Part shown: piece by piece, positions 1 through 13,018 of the stretch
How the letters are laid out: each line of letters starts with the position of its first letter
Numbering within the stretch: the first letter of the stretch is position 1
Source: Macrostomum lignano
Lineage: Eukaryota
NCBI GenBank assembly: GCA_002269645.1
Contig: NIVC01002660.1
Span: forward strand, 62,001 to 126,000
DNA length: 64,000 nucleotides
Reading direction: 5' to 3'
Made by a program: the position numbers and the translations under genes
The notes under the pieces: model-generated
The model's input: the letters and a program-made list of their open reading frames with translations, nothing else
The model's database searches: none
What the model was told of the DNA's origin: nothing

Positions 1-240
<240 letters not shown>

Positions 241-481
241 AGAGACACGGGAGCATTCTCTATTCTATTGTAATGCGCACAGAAGCTGCTGATTTCGGCT
301 CTTTATCATCGCTGCAGAATCCCAAGGGTACCTGAGAGCTGATGAAGCATTGCGTGTTTCGGCTTGCTGAAATCGTTAAGAATTTTAATTGATCAGCTAA
401 TTGGAAAAAATCGAAAAAACAAGTCAGAATATCTTCGCCATTCTACAAGCGTGTATCTTAAATCAAAAGTATCCAATACTG

Positions 482-935
482 AGGTCACGTGACCAATCTT
501 GCCATCTTGGCGATCTGCGAAGAAAAGCTACTTTATTTTTCCCCGCGAGAGCGGCCCCTCTCGGCCTCCCATTGATCCATGGCCGGAGGAGAAGTATTTC
601 TGCCGCAAAAGAAGACGCAAAAGCGGGAGCACGAAGTGTTGCAAAAAGAGCCCCCCTTATCCGGCTCGAGAATTTTCGGATAGTCACTCCGCCTTGGGGG
701 ATAAATGTTATGGCCTCGGAGGGAGCTGTGTTAATCCCCTAGTCTTGCAGTTAGCTGTGGGATCGATTTGAGCGGCTCTGCGCTCCGGTTCCAGGGAAAA
801 TGAGTGCATTAGTATCTGCAGCATTTAGAGCTGCTGCCTCTGGACATTCAAAGATGGCTGCCAAACAATCAAAAAAAATCTTTGTGGCTTCCCGGTTCCG
901 GTCGTAGCACTGCGGATGCGAGGGGACCGCGGATT
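482..935. promoter_or_regulatory. Possible CpG-rich promoter region upstream of the DEG/ENaC gene
   Basis: Palindromic E-box GGTCACGTGACC (~483-494), YY1-like GCCATCTTGG (~500) and AAGATGGCTGCC (~851), and CCGGTTCC motifs. Could instead be a repeat fragment. Confidence 0.3.
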
Positions 936-1029
936 CGCTGTTTAATTGTTCCCAAACAGTGGCTCACAGGCTGAGTGAAGCCTTGAGGGGTCGGGGCTGG
1001 AAGCCACTGAGGTCAGATCTGGAAGCACT

Positions 1030-1470
1030 ATAGGAAGAAGCAAGAAGCAGAGCTGAAAGCAACAATAATCAGAGCTGAAGCAGCAAGAAGCAGAGCTGAA
1101 AGCAACAATAATCAGAGCTGGAAGCAGCAAGAAGCAGAGCTGAAAGCAACAATAATCAGAGCTGAAGCAGCAAGAAGCAGAGCTGAAAGCAACAATAATC
1201 AGAGCTGGAAGCAGCAAGCAGCAGAGCTGAAAGAAACAATAATCAGAGCTGGAAGCAGCAAGAAGCAGAGCTGAAAGCAACAATAATCAGAGCTGGAAGC
1301 AGCAAGAATCAGAGCTGAAAGCAACTGGGATCGGAGCTGGAAGCAACAATAATCAGAGCTGGAAGCAGCAAGAAGACGAGCTGAAAGCAACAATAATCGG
1401 AGCTGAAAGCAACAATAATCAGGGCTGGAAGCAGCAAGAAGCAGAGCTGAAAGCAACTGGGATCGGAGCT
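1030..1470. repeat. ~22-bp minisatellite (AGAGCTGAAAGCAACAATAATC / AGAGCTGGAAGCAGCAAGAAGC)
   Basis: Two alternating related units. May lie in a 5'UTR intron of the channel gene (donor-like GAG|GTCAGA ~1013, acceptor-like TTTAACAG ~1727). Confidence 0.9.
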
Positions 1471-1762
1471 GGTCACAAGAATTTATGACGTTTGAGAAGC
1501 ACAGATGATTCCAAGAATTTGAGATCCTTAGACCAATCTCATTGAAATCATTTGCTTCCAGGAGAAATTTTACAAGAAACAAGAGCACGAGTCAGTTTTT
1601 GGATGCCGCAATTTCAATTCCCCTGCCGCATGCCGGTTTATCGCGAACAAACAGACGAGACTGATAGATCTCAATTCTGCCGTTATCTCAGTGCCGGCAG
1701 AACTACCAGAAACTCCTATTTAACAGCTCGCTAATCCTGGCTTTAACCCCGGCCGTCCGGAA

Positions 1763-4700
1763 ATGGCCGCCGAACCCGAGGAGAACTCGCAGACAGGCCA
1801 AAGCTCGGCCGGCTCCCAGCCAGGCGCGGTGACAAGCCTGCTCTTGGACTGCCTGATGAAAAGTTCGGTCAGCGGTTTGCCGAGAATTTTTAGCACTAAT
1901 TCAAAAGCGCTAAAATTGCTGTGGTCCTGCAGCGTGTTGGCCTTCTTCAGCCTGATGGTGTTCAACATCTACAGGATCGCGGTGGTGTACCGGCGGGGCG
2001 ACGTGGTCATCGCGCTGAAGCCCCTGCTGCCAAGGCCGCCGTTTCCCAGTCTGACCGTCTGCGACTCAAGGTGAGCTCAAGGCTTATGACCGTAGCTAAA
2101 TGTATGAGCAGTTTGAATGGCTGTAGCTCAATCTATGACCAGTTAGAATGACCGTAGCTAAATCTATGACCAGTTTGTATGACCGTAGCTAAATTTATGA
2201 CCAGTTTGAATGACTGTAGCTAAATCTATGACCAGTTTGAATGACCGTAGCTAAATCTATGACTAGTTTTAATGACCGTAGCTAAATCTATGACCAGTTT
2301 GAATGACCGTAGCTAAATGTATGACCAGTTTGTATGACCGTAGCTAAATCTATGACCAGTTTGAATGACCGTAGCTAAATGTATGACCAGTTTGTATGAC
2401 CGTAGCTAAATTTATTACCAGTTTGAATGACCGTAGCTAAATCTATGACCAGTTTGAATGACCGTAGCTAAATGTATGACCAGTTTGAATGACCGTACTA
2501 AATCTATGACCAGTTTGAATGACCGTAGCTAAATGTATGACCAGTTTGTATGACCGTAGCTAAATGTATGACCAGTTTAAATGACTGTAGCTAAATCTAT
2601 GACCAGTTTGAATGACTGTAGCTAAATCTATGACCAGTTTGAATGACTGTAGCTAAATGTATGACCAGTTTGAATGACCGTAGCTCAATCTATGACCAGT
2701 TTGAATTACCGTAGCTAAATCTATGACCAGTTTGAATGACTTTAGCTAAATCTATGACCAGTTTGAATGACCGTAGCTAAATGTATGACCAGTTTGAATG
2801 ACTGTAGCTAAATGTATGACCAGTTTGAATGACCGTAGCTAAATGTATGACCAGTTTGAATGACCGTAGCTAAATTTATTACCAGTTTGAATGACCGTAG
2901 CTAAATCTATGACCAGTTTGAATGACCGTAGCTAAATGTATGACCAGTTTGAATGACCGTAGCTAAATCTATGACCAGTTTGAATGACCGTTGCTAAATC
3001 TATGACCAGTTTGAATGACCGTAGCTAAATCTATGACCAGTTTATTAATCGGATCAATCAATCTAAGCACCCAATCTGAGCACTCTGAGCACTGCAGCAG
3101 CCCGAGTCACCAACCCCCCCCCCCCCCAGCCCGATGCCCTATCTGGGCATGCAACGCCTGTCGCTAACGCCCCGAGCCTACACCAGGCGCATCAAGCAGC
3201 TGTCAAAATCTGGCAATGAGCCTGTGGCTCCCCACCTGCTCAGCGAGTTGCTCACTCCCGCTACCTACCACGAGCACCTGCCAGAGCAGCAGCTGCTGGC
3301 TGTGGCGGCAGACAGCGAGCTGGTGCTGCTGGAGAGCTGCCAAGTTCAGCTGGCCGACGAGCACCATCTGGGTCGGATCCGCAGCGAGCCGTGCCGTCTG
3401 GCAACTAGGGCCAGGGTCCCCGGCTACGTCGCCTGCACGACCGTCGAGGTGCCCAGGGAGAGCAGCCAGCACGCGTGCACAATGAAGCTGCACCTGCTGC
3501 TGGACTCGGAGACCGACCCGCTGCGCTGCGGCAAGTGCATCGACGAGCACGTTGAGTCGCTCAAAACCGGAGCCATCGCCTACCTGCACGAGGCCGGCGG
3601 GCATCCGGTGGACATCAGCGACGGTGTGCGGCTGTCGCCGGGGACGCAGAGCTTCATCCACATCAAGGCGACTCTGTCCGAGCACCAGCGCTGCGCAAAG
3701 GATGCGCCGATGCGACTTCGCCTAAAACCGACGCGGCTGCAGCCGGCGCACTCCGTGAAGTACTCCAGGCCGCTGTGCCACTCGCTGTTCCGACAGAAAC
3801 TGCGTCGGAGCTCCTGCGGCTGCGTGATGCCCTGGGAGCCGCTGCCAGACGATGGTGAGGATGGCAACAACAGCAGCAGCAGCAGCAGTAGTGACACCAA
3901 CGACACCTGGCAGTCGCTGCCGCCCTGCCGGCTGCAGGACCTGGACCGACCGCAGCTGAACGTCACGCTGATGAGCTGCGCGGCCGGCCTGTGGGAGGCA
4001 GCGGCGGACGGCGATGCTGACGTTGATAACGACGGCGGCGAGGGCGACAGGATGCCGCCGATAGTCGACAGGGCCTGTCCGAGGCCATGCAGTCAGGCAA
4101 GTTTGTCGAGGGGGGTCATATGCGATGACGTCATTTGATGCTTTGCTTCGAAAGGATCTACCGCTTCTTAAGTTTCAGTCTTCAATTGAAAAGTTGCAGG
4201 GCTGCCGCACAACAAGGCGGTGTAGTCGGCTGGAAAACCACAGAGGGGATGCCAGCTTGCAGGGGCGTCGCCATGGATTTTATGGTGTCGGGGGGGGGGA
4301 CAAAGTCAAGAATTATACATAAGCATTATTTTGCCGCAGGCACTCATTCTAGCGCCGCAGGCACTCATTTTAGCGCCGCAGGCACTCATTTTAGCGCCAC
4401 AGGCACTCATTTTTGGTGCTGCAGGCACTCATTTTAGCGCCACAGGCACTCATTTTAGCGCCGCAGGCACTCATTTTAGCGCCGCAGGCACTCCATTTAG
4501 CGCCACAGGCACTCATTTTAGCGCCACAGGCACTCATTTTGGTGCTGCAGGCACTTATTTTAGCGCCGCAGGCACTCATTTTAGCGCCGCAGGCACTCAT
4601 TTTAGCGCCACAGGAACTCATTTTAGCGCCGCAGGCACTCATTTTAGCGCCGCAGGCACTCCATTTAGCGCCACAGGCACTCATTTTAGCGTCACAGGCA

Positions 4701-6361
4701 CTCATTTTGGTGCTGCAGGCACTCATTTTAGCTCCACAGGAACTCATTTTAGCGCCGCAGGCACTCATTTTGGCGCCACAGGCACTCATTTTAGCGCCTT
4801 AGGCACTCATTTTAGCGCCACAGGCTTTCATTTTAGCGCCTAGGCACTCATTTTAGCGCCACAGGCACTCATTTTGGCGCCACAGGCACTCATTTTGGCG
4901 CCACAGGCACTCATATTAGTGCCGCAGGCACTCATATTAGCGCCGCAGGCCCTCATTTTAGCGCCGCAGGCACTCATTTTAGCGCCGCAAGTACCATTTT
5001 AGCGCCGCAGGCTGCACTCCATTTAGCGCCACAGGAACTCATTTTAGCGCCGCAGGCACTCTATTTAGCGCCACAGGCACTCATTTTGGCGCCACAGGCA
5101 CTCATTTTGGCGCCACAGGCACTCATATTAGTGCCGCAGGCACTCATATTAGCGCCGCAGGCCCTCATTTTCTTCAAGTTTTCGATTGCAGTTCGTTTTG
5201 ATCTGACGGTTTGATTTGGGCTGCACTCATTGTTGGTCAGGTCAGCTTCACCGTGGCCCGAAGCGAGGCGCGCGGAATTGACGCCAATTCGGCGCTGGAC
5301 ATTTTCGAGCGCTACGTGTTCAACACCAGCGCATTTTGGCGCCTGCGCGACCGGCTGTCGCAGTACGAGGCGGCCCTGCGGCTCCGACAGGCCGGCAGAG
5401 ATGATGAGGCGCGCAGCCTCCTGGCCAACAGCTCCTATCTGCAGGTTTTGATGGTTGCAAATTGTTATCGAGCATTCATTGCATTGTGTGTGCAGATGCA
5501 TACAGAGATTTTTGACACCCTAGTAGCAACAACTGACACCCATTTAGCATCCCATTTAGGATCCCTGACACTCATTAAGGATCCTTGAAACCCATTTAGG
5601 ATCCCTGACACCCATTAAGGATCCTTGACACCCATTTAGGATCCCTGACACCCATTTAGGATCCCTGACGCCCATTTAGGATCCTTGACACCCATTTAGG
5701 ACCCCTGACGCCCATTTAGCATCCCTGACATCCATTTAGGACCCCTGACGCCCATTTAGCATCCCTGACGCCCATTTAGGATCCCTGACGCCCATTTAGG
5801 ACCCCTGACGCCCATTTAGGATCCCTGACGCCCATTTAGGATCCTTGACACCCATTTAGGATCCCTGACGCCCATTTAGGATCCTTGACACCCATTTAGG
5901 ATCCCTGACGCCCATTTAGGATCCTTGACACCCATTTAGGATCCTTGACACCCATTTAGGATCCCTGACGCCCATTTAGGATCCCTGACATCCATTTAGG
6001 ATCCCTGACGCCCATTCCTGACCCCGCGCCAAATTCTCAGAACAACCTGATCAGCATGACGCTGCAGTTCAACTCACGCCAGGCCAAGCGAGTATCTGAG
6101 AATTACATTCTTGGCCTCGCAGCCTTTGTCAGCCAGATTGGCGGCCTGCTGTCCCTGTTCAGCGGCATCACGGTCATCTGCGTCACAGAGATCGCCGAGC
6201 TACTTTGGCTGGTTGCTAAGCACGCTCTGACTTGCGGATCCAGCAGTGGCGATGGCAAGAATAATAACGACGAATCATCGTATAGGAGATCAAAAGCTGA
6301 AGAGGAGTCGAGATCAGCGAGTCGAGTCAACAAAGCTCCGCAGGCTGCTGTTATAGTGTAA
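1763..6361 (+). CDS. DEG/ENaC (ASIC/degenerin family) ion channel subunit, ~599 aa
   Basis: Exons 1763-2070, 3130-4096, 5241-5444, 6041-6361 join in frame (1800 nt). Motifs: TM1 (LLWSCSVLAFFSLMVFNIY), FPSLTVC, CGC, CPRPC, and TM2 SQIGGLLSLFSGITVICVTE. Intron 2 is GC-AG (CAG|GCAAGT). Confidence 0.9.
2085..3045. repeat. 31-bp minisatellite (ATGACCGTAGCTAAATCTATGACCAGTTTGA) in channel intron 1
   Basis: About 30 tandem units. Confidence 0.97.
4331..5172. repeat. 21-bp minisatellite (GCCGCAGGCACTCATTTTAGC) in channel intron 2
   Basis: About 40 units, preceded by a CAGGGGCG-headed sequence also found at 54884. Confidence 0.97.
5535..6020. repeat. 20-bp minisatellite (TTAGGATCCCTGACACCCAT) in channel intron 3
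   Basis: About 24 units. Confidence 0.96.
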
Positions 6362-8925
6362 ATTAATATATGAATGAAATTCACAATTACAGCAGTGTAC
6401 GACTTGCAGGCATATTTTCAGCAGCATAAGAGATACAGTTAATAATTGTTGGCAATTTTTTTTCGGCTCGCATTAAAAATCGAGTGTGTATAAGCTCATG
6501 TACGCGCCATTACATGATTGCATTAAGTATTCAGGTCAGAATTTTTTACGTACGTAATGAGACTTGCTACTAATCTCTGAGTGTATTGATTTTTATAGAA
6601 ATTGCACAATTTCAATAGCTAAGTTAAAAAAACTAGATAATTATTCATAAAACGTTTGCGTTCTGTAGTTGAAAATTACTGGTACATGCGTGCAGCTACC
6701 TAGCTACTCGTATATCTTTAGGCTACGAACAAATTCTTCTAATTCTCCAATTTACATTCATATACAATGTTATACGTTTAACTAGCCTGGCGCTCCGTAT
6801 AGTACATGGTACATGTACAGCACACATATTACATGTACAATTCTATATACACATATTATGTTAGTTAATTGAGATTTATTTGGTACGAAATCTATAGCTT
6901 ATTAACAAAAGTATGTCGCATATACACGCTTAATTTAACCGTTTTAAAATATTAAATAAGTAACTTTATATTTTAATTCGTAACTTCAAGAACATACAGT
7001 GCAACATTTTCAGGACTTTAGCATATTTTACAGGTATCAACAGAATAGCAATCCGGAATTTGGCAAAAGAGTATGGGAATATTGTTCCATAAAATACTAT
7101 TACACATTACTGGTTACACATTATTGTGAATTAATAAGCTTTTGATACGAGCTCCTAAATAAAATCCACGGATCTTGTCTTATTTTATCTTATTTTACTG
7201 TTTTAATCAAATGCTATCTTACGTCATTTTTAAATCAATTACATTCAAGGAATTGCACAAGAAAGCGTAAGCTACCGACGCGATAGCTAATTATAAAAAT
7301 AACGAAAAAGTATATATGCGACAATAAAGCTAAAGTTTGCTGATTTTTTCGTCTTAAAAACAAACAATCGATTTATTCTTTTATTTATGGCTGAGGTAAG
7401 TTCTTTAAAAATGCAGATTAGTAAATTATATACACTTACCTCTGCAGCTCTGCTATTCTGTTCTTTTGAGGCTATGTTTCTGAAAAATTATTAATTTACT
7501 CAAGAAGTTCACCCAGTTGCAAGAATAATTCCTATATTCAAAAGGAATTAGAGGAGGAATGAAATGTCAACACAAAATAATTTTCTAACATTCAAGGCAC
7601 TTTTAGCTTTTTAATCAATCTCATCCTTTTTATATTTATTTATTATTGTCCTTCTGTTGGATTATTTCTTCTGTTTGTTATTTTAATCAAAATATTTTTA
7701 TCTTTTAGCAATAATTAATTGAAACACTATAAAAACATTTAGTAAAAGTTAAAGACTGTGTTTGCATAAAGACCTTGTCACGTTATTGGCGTAGCGGCCA
7801 GCTATGCGGTGACCCTTAAAAGGGCCGTTTTAGTCCCAAAATAAGTTGAAGTCAATTCTTGTAAAGCGGATTTTGTAGCGGAGCACTTGGCGATAAAGGC
7901 AGGAACTGCCGTAGTTGTCTTTATTGTTAATATCAGTATTAAGTTTGGTTGTTACTGGCAATAAACAGACTATAGCTTTCTGGGCACTGGCGGCTGCAAC
8001 AATGGGTTGAATATAATTTGGATATGAAGTCAAGTGGCAGGCGAATGACACAATGGCGACGTGACGTGAGCAGTGGCTATGAGCACAGTGAAGGCAGTGA
8101 AACGTAGTGGCGAGTTTGGCGTCGGTCGTGGCGTGAAACAGTCAAGTAAGTGTGTGAGCAGGCTGGCCCAGACAGAAGGGCCGTGGTGAGAAAAAGGAGG
8201 CTCGAGGCAGCCAGACAAACAGATAAGACAGCTAAGAGGCCGCAGGGAAGGAAACAAGGAACAAGCGGGGAGTGCCGCCGCCAGGCGGGGGGGGGGGTTT
8301 AATAAAAGAGCGCAGAGGGGGGTAGCGCGAGCACGAGTGATTTCATTGGCTGGCGAGAGAACTTAAAATTATCGATCGTGCCAATTTTATACGGTTGCGA
8401 GAGAGGATAGCAAAATATACAATGAATTATAAATTGCCACAAAATCGTTGGGCACTACTACAAGTAAACGTCGCAATAAACGAATGGAAAAGTTTAGTTG
8501 AAACGGTGAAACTGAAGGGTTGAATGACTATGGAGAACAGCAGTCCAACGGCCCTTTTCGGGACCACCTTAAACTGACAACGTCACAACCTTTTTTATTC
8601 AATAAAGATAATGACAAAGATTCTATGGAAAAAATTGTAAACAATTTTTGTTTGGCTTTAAAAAAGCATAGCTAAATAATATCTGCAATTTCAACAAATA
8701 CGACTATATTTTTGTCAAAATTATTTAGAGACTTGTTTTGGCTACCTCATTTTAGACTAGCTTCAGAATAGCACAACTAAATTATATACCTTATATATTT
8801 AGTGTAAGTTAAATAAATAGAAATGTATTTATATCAATAATTTTAACTAGTTTCCATGGAACAAAGCTTTTTTGCTCTGATTTGTTCCATATATATTAAG
8901 TAAATATAAAGCTTACCATTTTTAG

Positions 8926-11303
8926 AGGCGAGGTGATTCTCGCTTAAGCAAAAGGCTTGCTTGGCTGCTCCGACATGGCGCCACTGAGCAAGGCTTCAAG
9001 TTCATCGATGGCTGCTACCTCAATGTGGCTGACGTTCTTGCGCATCAACAATTCCGAGGGTATACATTGGATGACATTCAAAGGTTTGTTGGCCACACTG
9101 ACCTATGGATGCCCAACCTGACTGACCTACTTCCATTCTGATCCTCTAACACCTTGACACACTTCCATTCTGATCCTGATCGGACACCTTGACCCACTTC
9201 CATTCTGATCCTCGGACACCTTGACCCACTTCAATTCTGATCCTCGGACACCTTGACCCACTTCCGGACAACTTGACCCTCGGAATTCCATGCTGACCCT
9301 GACCCTTTGACCCACGTCAAGCCTGACCCTCGAGCACTTTGACCTATATCGCAGAGTTGTGTCAACAAACAGCAAGAAGCGCTTCGAGCTGCGGTCAGCA
9401 GATGACGGCGCGTTGCAAATCCGAGCAGTGCAGGGCCACTCCATCAAGGAGGTGGACGGCCTCGACCTGCAGCCAATAACAGCTGACAACTGTCACCAGT
9501 TCCCGGTTGCGGTGCACGGCACGTACATGAGGCACTGGCGAAGTATTTCTGCGCAGGGTCTGAGCCGGATGAACAGGACCCACATCCACTTTGCCGTCAG
9601 TAGCGAGGCTGGCGGCTCTGATGGGGGGGCCATCTCCGGGCTGAGGCAGTCGGCCGATGTGCTGATCTTCGTTGACCTGCCAAAAGCGCTGGCTGGTGAG
9701 CTCGGTTGGGTGATGCAGGAGAGGAGAGACTGATGCAGCTGGGTGAGACTGGATTCAAGAGACTGATGCAGCTGGGTGAGACTGGATTCAAGAGACTGAT
9801 GCAGCTGGGTGAGACTGGATTCAAGAGACTGATGCAGCTGGGTGAGACTGGATTCAAGAGACTGATGCAGCTGGGTGAGACTGGATTCAAGAGACTGATG
9901 CAGCTGGGTGAGACTGGATTCAAGAGACTGATGCAGCTGGGTGAGACTGGATTCAAGAGACTGATGCAGCTGGGTGAGACTGGATTCAAGAGACTGATGC
10001 AGCTGGGTGAGACTGGATTCAAGAGACTGATGCAGCTGGGTGAGACTGGATTCAAGAGACTGATGCAGCTGGGTGAGACTGGATTCAAGAGACTGATGCA
10101 GCTGGGTGAGACTGGATTCAAGAGACTGATGCAGCTGGGTGAGACTGGATTCAAGAGACTGATGCAGCTGGGTGAGACTGGATTCAAGAGACTGATGCAG
10201 CTGGGTGAGACTGGATTCAAGAGACTGATGCAGCTGGGTGAGACTGGATTCAAGAGACTGATGCAGCTGGGTGAGACTGGATTCAAGAGACTGATGCAGC
10301 TGGGTGAGACTGGATTCAAGAGACTGATGCAGGGGTGGAGAACGTGGATTCAAGAGACTGATGCAGGGGTGAGACTGGATTCAAGGGACTGATGCAGCTG
10401 GGTGAGACTGGATTCAAGAGGCTGATGCAGCTGGGTGAGACTGGATTCAAGAGACTGATGCAGGGGTGGAGAACGTGGATTCAAGAGACTGATGCAGCTG
10501 GATGAGACTGGATTCAAGAGACTGATGCAGCTGGGTGAGACTGGATTCAAGAGACTGATGCAGCTCGGTGAGACTGGATTCAAGAGACTGATGCAGGGGT
10601 GAGACTGGATTCAAGAGACTGATGCAGGGGTGGAGAACGTGGATTCAAGAGACTGATTCAGCTGGATGAGACTGGATTCAAGAGACTGATGCAGCTGGGT
10701 GAGACTGGATTCAAGAGACTGATGCAGGGGTGGAGAACGTGGATTCAAGAGACTGATTCAGCTGGATGAGACTGGATTCAAGAGACTGATGCAGCTCGGT
10801 GAGACTGGATTCAAGAGACTGATGCAGCTCGGTGAGACTGGATTCAAGAGACTGATGCAGGGGTGAGACTGGATTCAAGAGACTGATGCAGCTCGGTGAG
10901 ACTGGATTCAAGGGACTGATGCAGCTCGGTGAGACTGGATTCAAGAGACTGATGCAGGAGTGAAACTTGATTTGAGGCTGGGAGTCGAAACAACAGCTCC
11001 AACAGTAGCGGATCCAGAAAATTTTGAACGGGGGGCACAGACTAGTAAGGTACATATATATTCATATCATGTACATGATAATGTGTATTTTCCATATACA
11101 AAATCAAAAAAATCAAACTCAACGGGGGGGGGCGCGCCCTGTGCGCCCCCCTCTAAATCCGCTACTGAGCTCCAACGGCTTCTTCAATCCTTCAGACGGT
11201 TTCAAATTCTGCGTGTCCCGCAACAGTGTGATTCTGTGCGAGGGTGACGACACGGGCCATCTGCCACCCGCCTACTTCAAGGAGGTCTGGAAGCTCAAGC
11301 CGT
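8926..11303 (+). CDS. TRPT1: tRNA 2'-phosphotransferase 1 (Tpt1/KptA family), internal exons; first and last exon uncertain
   Basis: Exons 8926-9083 (SKRLAWLLRHG), 9355-9695 (KKRF, IRAVQGHS, HGT, GLSRMNRTHIHF, ISGLR) and 11196-11303 (DGFKFCVSRNSVILCEG, YFKEV), all with GT-AG boundaries and matching phases. A possible last exon follows the 28-bp array (~13019), or the frame reads through to a stop at 11317. Confidence 0.92.
9727..10958. repeat. 33-bp minisatellite (GAGACTGATGCAGCTGGGTGAGACTGGATTCAA) in a TRPT1 intron
   Basis: About 18 identical copies followed by variant copies. Confidence 0.98.
11003..11167. mobile_element. hAT-type MITE, 165 bp
   Basis: TIRs CAGTAGCGGAT...ATCCGCTACTG with a perfect 8-bp TSD AGCTCCAA (10995-11002 and 11168-11175). 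Confidence 0.92.
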
Positions 11304-11807
11304 GTAAGTCTTTGTGACAGATCGGTTGGCTTTTCGAAGCTAATTTATACCTGTAATATAAGACTAAGTTAACAAATTTATACCGCTTTATTGATTTCAG
11401 ATCGACTGTTGATATTTGCTGACGGAAAGCCTCAAGAATGAAATACGAATCTCTGCATACTAAAATATGCATACAGTATATCAATTAAATGAAAAGATGC
11501 GTTTCTTGTTACCTAAAGTAGCGTTATACGAGTAGTACGTGTACTGCAATTTAATTAACAATTTTTTTCTTTCATTGATTTTTTCATCGTAGGAAAGTCA
11601 CTTCTGACAGGAACACGCGATCTGCTTTTGTCGTCTATAATTGCTAATTTTTTACGCAAGAATGCTCACTTGCAATTCGCTGTCGATTTTGTGCCCGCTG
11701 TGCATACATGCAGCTGAGACTGCTCCCATGTTTATATGAATATACATGGCTGATCTGATATGATCTGAGCCACCATTATGTAAAGCTAATGGACTTTTAA
11801 GTTTCTG

Positions 11808-13018
11808 TGGCCCAGCAACTGAGGATCTGGGAGGCTGGTCCAGCTAACCGAGGATTTGGGCGGCTGGCCCAGCAACTGAGGATCTGGGAGGCTGGCACAG
11901 CAACTGAGGATCTGGGCGGCTGGCACAGCAACTGAGGATCTGGGAGGCTGGCACAGCAACTGAGGATCTGGGAGGCTGGCCCAGCAACTGAGGATCTGGG
12001 AGGCTGGCACAGCAACTGAGGATCTGGGAGGCTGGCCCAGCAACTGAGGATCTGGGAGGCTGGTCCAGCAACTGAGGATCTGGGAGGCTGGCACAGCAAC
12101 TGAGGATCTGGGAGGCTGGCCCAGCAACTGAGGATCTGGGAGGCTGGCCCAGCAACTGAGGATCTGGGAGGCTGGCACAGCAACTGAGGATCTGGGAGGC
12201 TGGCCCAGCAACTGAGGATCTGGGAGGCTGGTCCAGCAACTGAGGATCTGGGAGGCTGGCACAGCAACTGAGGATCTGGGAGGCTGGCCCAGCAACTGAG
12301 GATCTGGGAGGCTGGCACAGCAACTGAGGATCTGGGAGGCTGGCACAGCAACTGAGGATCTGGGAGGCTGGTCCAGCAACTGAGGATCTGGGAGGCTGGT
12401 CCAGCAACTGAGGATCTGGGAGGCTGGCACAGCAACTGAGGATCTGGGAGGCTGGCACAGCAACTGAGGATATGGGAGGCTGGCCCAGCAACTGAGGATC
12501 TGGGAGGCTGGCACAGAAACTGAGCATCTGGGAGGCTGGACAAGCAACTGAGGATCTGGGAGGCTGGCACAGCAACTGAGGATCTGGGAGGCTGGCCCAG
12601 CAACTGAGGATCTGGGAGGCTGGCACAGCAACTGAGGATCTGGGAGGCTGGCACAACAACTGAGGATCTGGGAGGCTGGCACAGCAACTGAGGATCTGGG
12701 AGGCTGGCACAGAAACTGAGGATCTGGGAGGCTGGCACAGCAACTGAGCATCTGGGAGGCTGGCCCAGCAACTGAGGATCTGGGAGGCTGGTCCAGCAAC
12801 TGAGGATCTGGGAGGCTGGCCCAGCAACTGAGGATCTGGGAGGCTGGCCCAGCAACTGAGGATCTGGGAGGCTGGCACAGCAACTGAGGATCTGGGAGGC
12901 TGGCACAGCAACTGAGGATCTGGGAGGCTGGCCCAGCAATGAGGATCTGGGAGGCTGGCCCAGCTAACCGATGATTTGGGCGGCTGGCCCAGCAACTGAG
13001 GATCTGGGAGGCTGGCAG
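11808..13018. repeat. 28-bp minisatellite (GCAACTGAGGATCTGGGAGGCTGGCMCA)
   Basis: About 43 units. Confidence 0.97.

Noticed and set aside
7780-8400. GC-richer island upstream of TRPT1 as a gene or first exon
   Set aside because: No coherent ORF or splice pairing that I can support; it may be promoter or repeat sequence.
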